64,000 nucleotides of DNA from Balanoglossus misakiensis (Eukaryota; Animalia; Hemichordata): the NCBI GenBank assembly GCA_040954595.2, contig CM082586.2, positions 6,186,509 to 6,250,508 of the forward strand. The letters are read 5' to 3'. Shown here piece by piece: positions 40,968 to 64,000 of this stretch. Below the pieces are notes generated by a model. That model made no database searches, was not told the origin of the DNA, and worked only from the letters and a program-made list of their open reading frames with translations. Within the stretch, counting starts at the first letter, position 1; each line of letters opens with the position of its first letter. The position numbers and the translations under genes are program-made.

Positions 40968-41044
40968 TTAACCCATTTCTCTCTCAGCGGTCCAACTTTA
41001 CTAAGTAAACAATGGATTTGGACAAAACCATGGGGGTGAAAGAG

Positions 41045-41048
<4 letters not shown>
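40968..41048 (-). mobile_element. Mini-MITE copy (reverse orientation) abutting the gene B stop codon
   Basis: Reverse complement reads TTAA-ctctttcacccccatggttttgtccaaatccattgtt...gggT-TAA, matching the 11677 and 47907 copies. Confidence 0.7.
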
Positions 41049-63875
<22,827 letters not shown>

Positions 63876-64000
63876 CTGTTGGGTAATATTAAAATTGGTG
63901 TCGAGAAATTTTCAATTTAAAACACGTGCACACCAAGCAATCAGGAAATTGCTGCAACGAATGTCTGACGTATGTTTCCAAAACATCAGCACACAGAATT

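Overview
Eukaryotic, intron-rich genomic DNA, most consistent with a marine invertebrate deuterostome (hemichordate/echinoderm-like; inferred from domain style only). I rebuilt three genes by hand from GT-AG sites and phase checks. (1) A rhodopsin-class neuropeptide-type GPCR with a single coding exon (3309-4433, minus). (2) Gene A, a complete 27-exon type II transmembrane mosaic serine protease of about 2,240 aa on plus (19885-35018): TM-mucin-[MAM-Ig-EGF]x2-MAM-LDLa-CUB-MAM-CUB-CUB-Fz-EGF-EGF-Fz-S1 protease. (3) Gene B, the 3' 50 exons (over 3,170 aa, 5' end outside the window) of a convergent giant mosaic protein on minus (63875-41045) with CUB, LDLa, EGF, SEA, YWTD-propeller, Fz and SRCR-like modules and two S1 protease domains with intact triads. 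Genes A and B share a paralogous CUB-CUB-Fz-EGF-EGF-Fz-protease cassette. All three protease domains have Arg activation sites, but only one is trypsin-like, which suggests a locally encoded activation cascade (inference). Non-coding DNA holds MITEs (one abutting the gene B stop codon), a possible piggyBac-like relic, Helentron-like repeats, hairpins and microsatellites.
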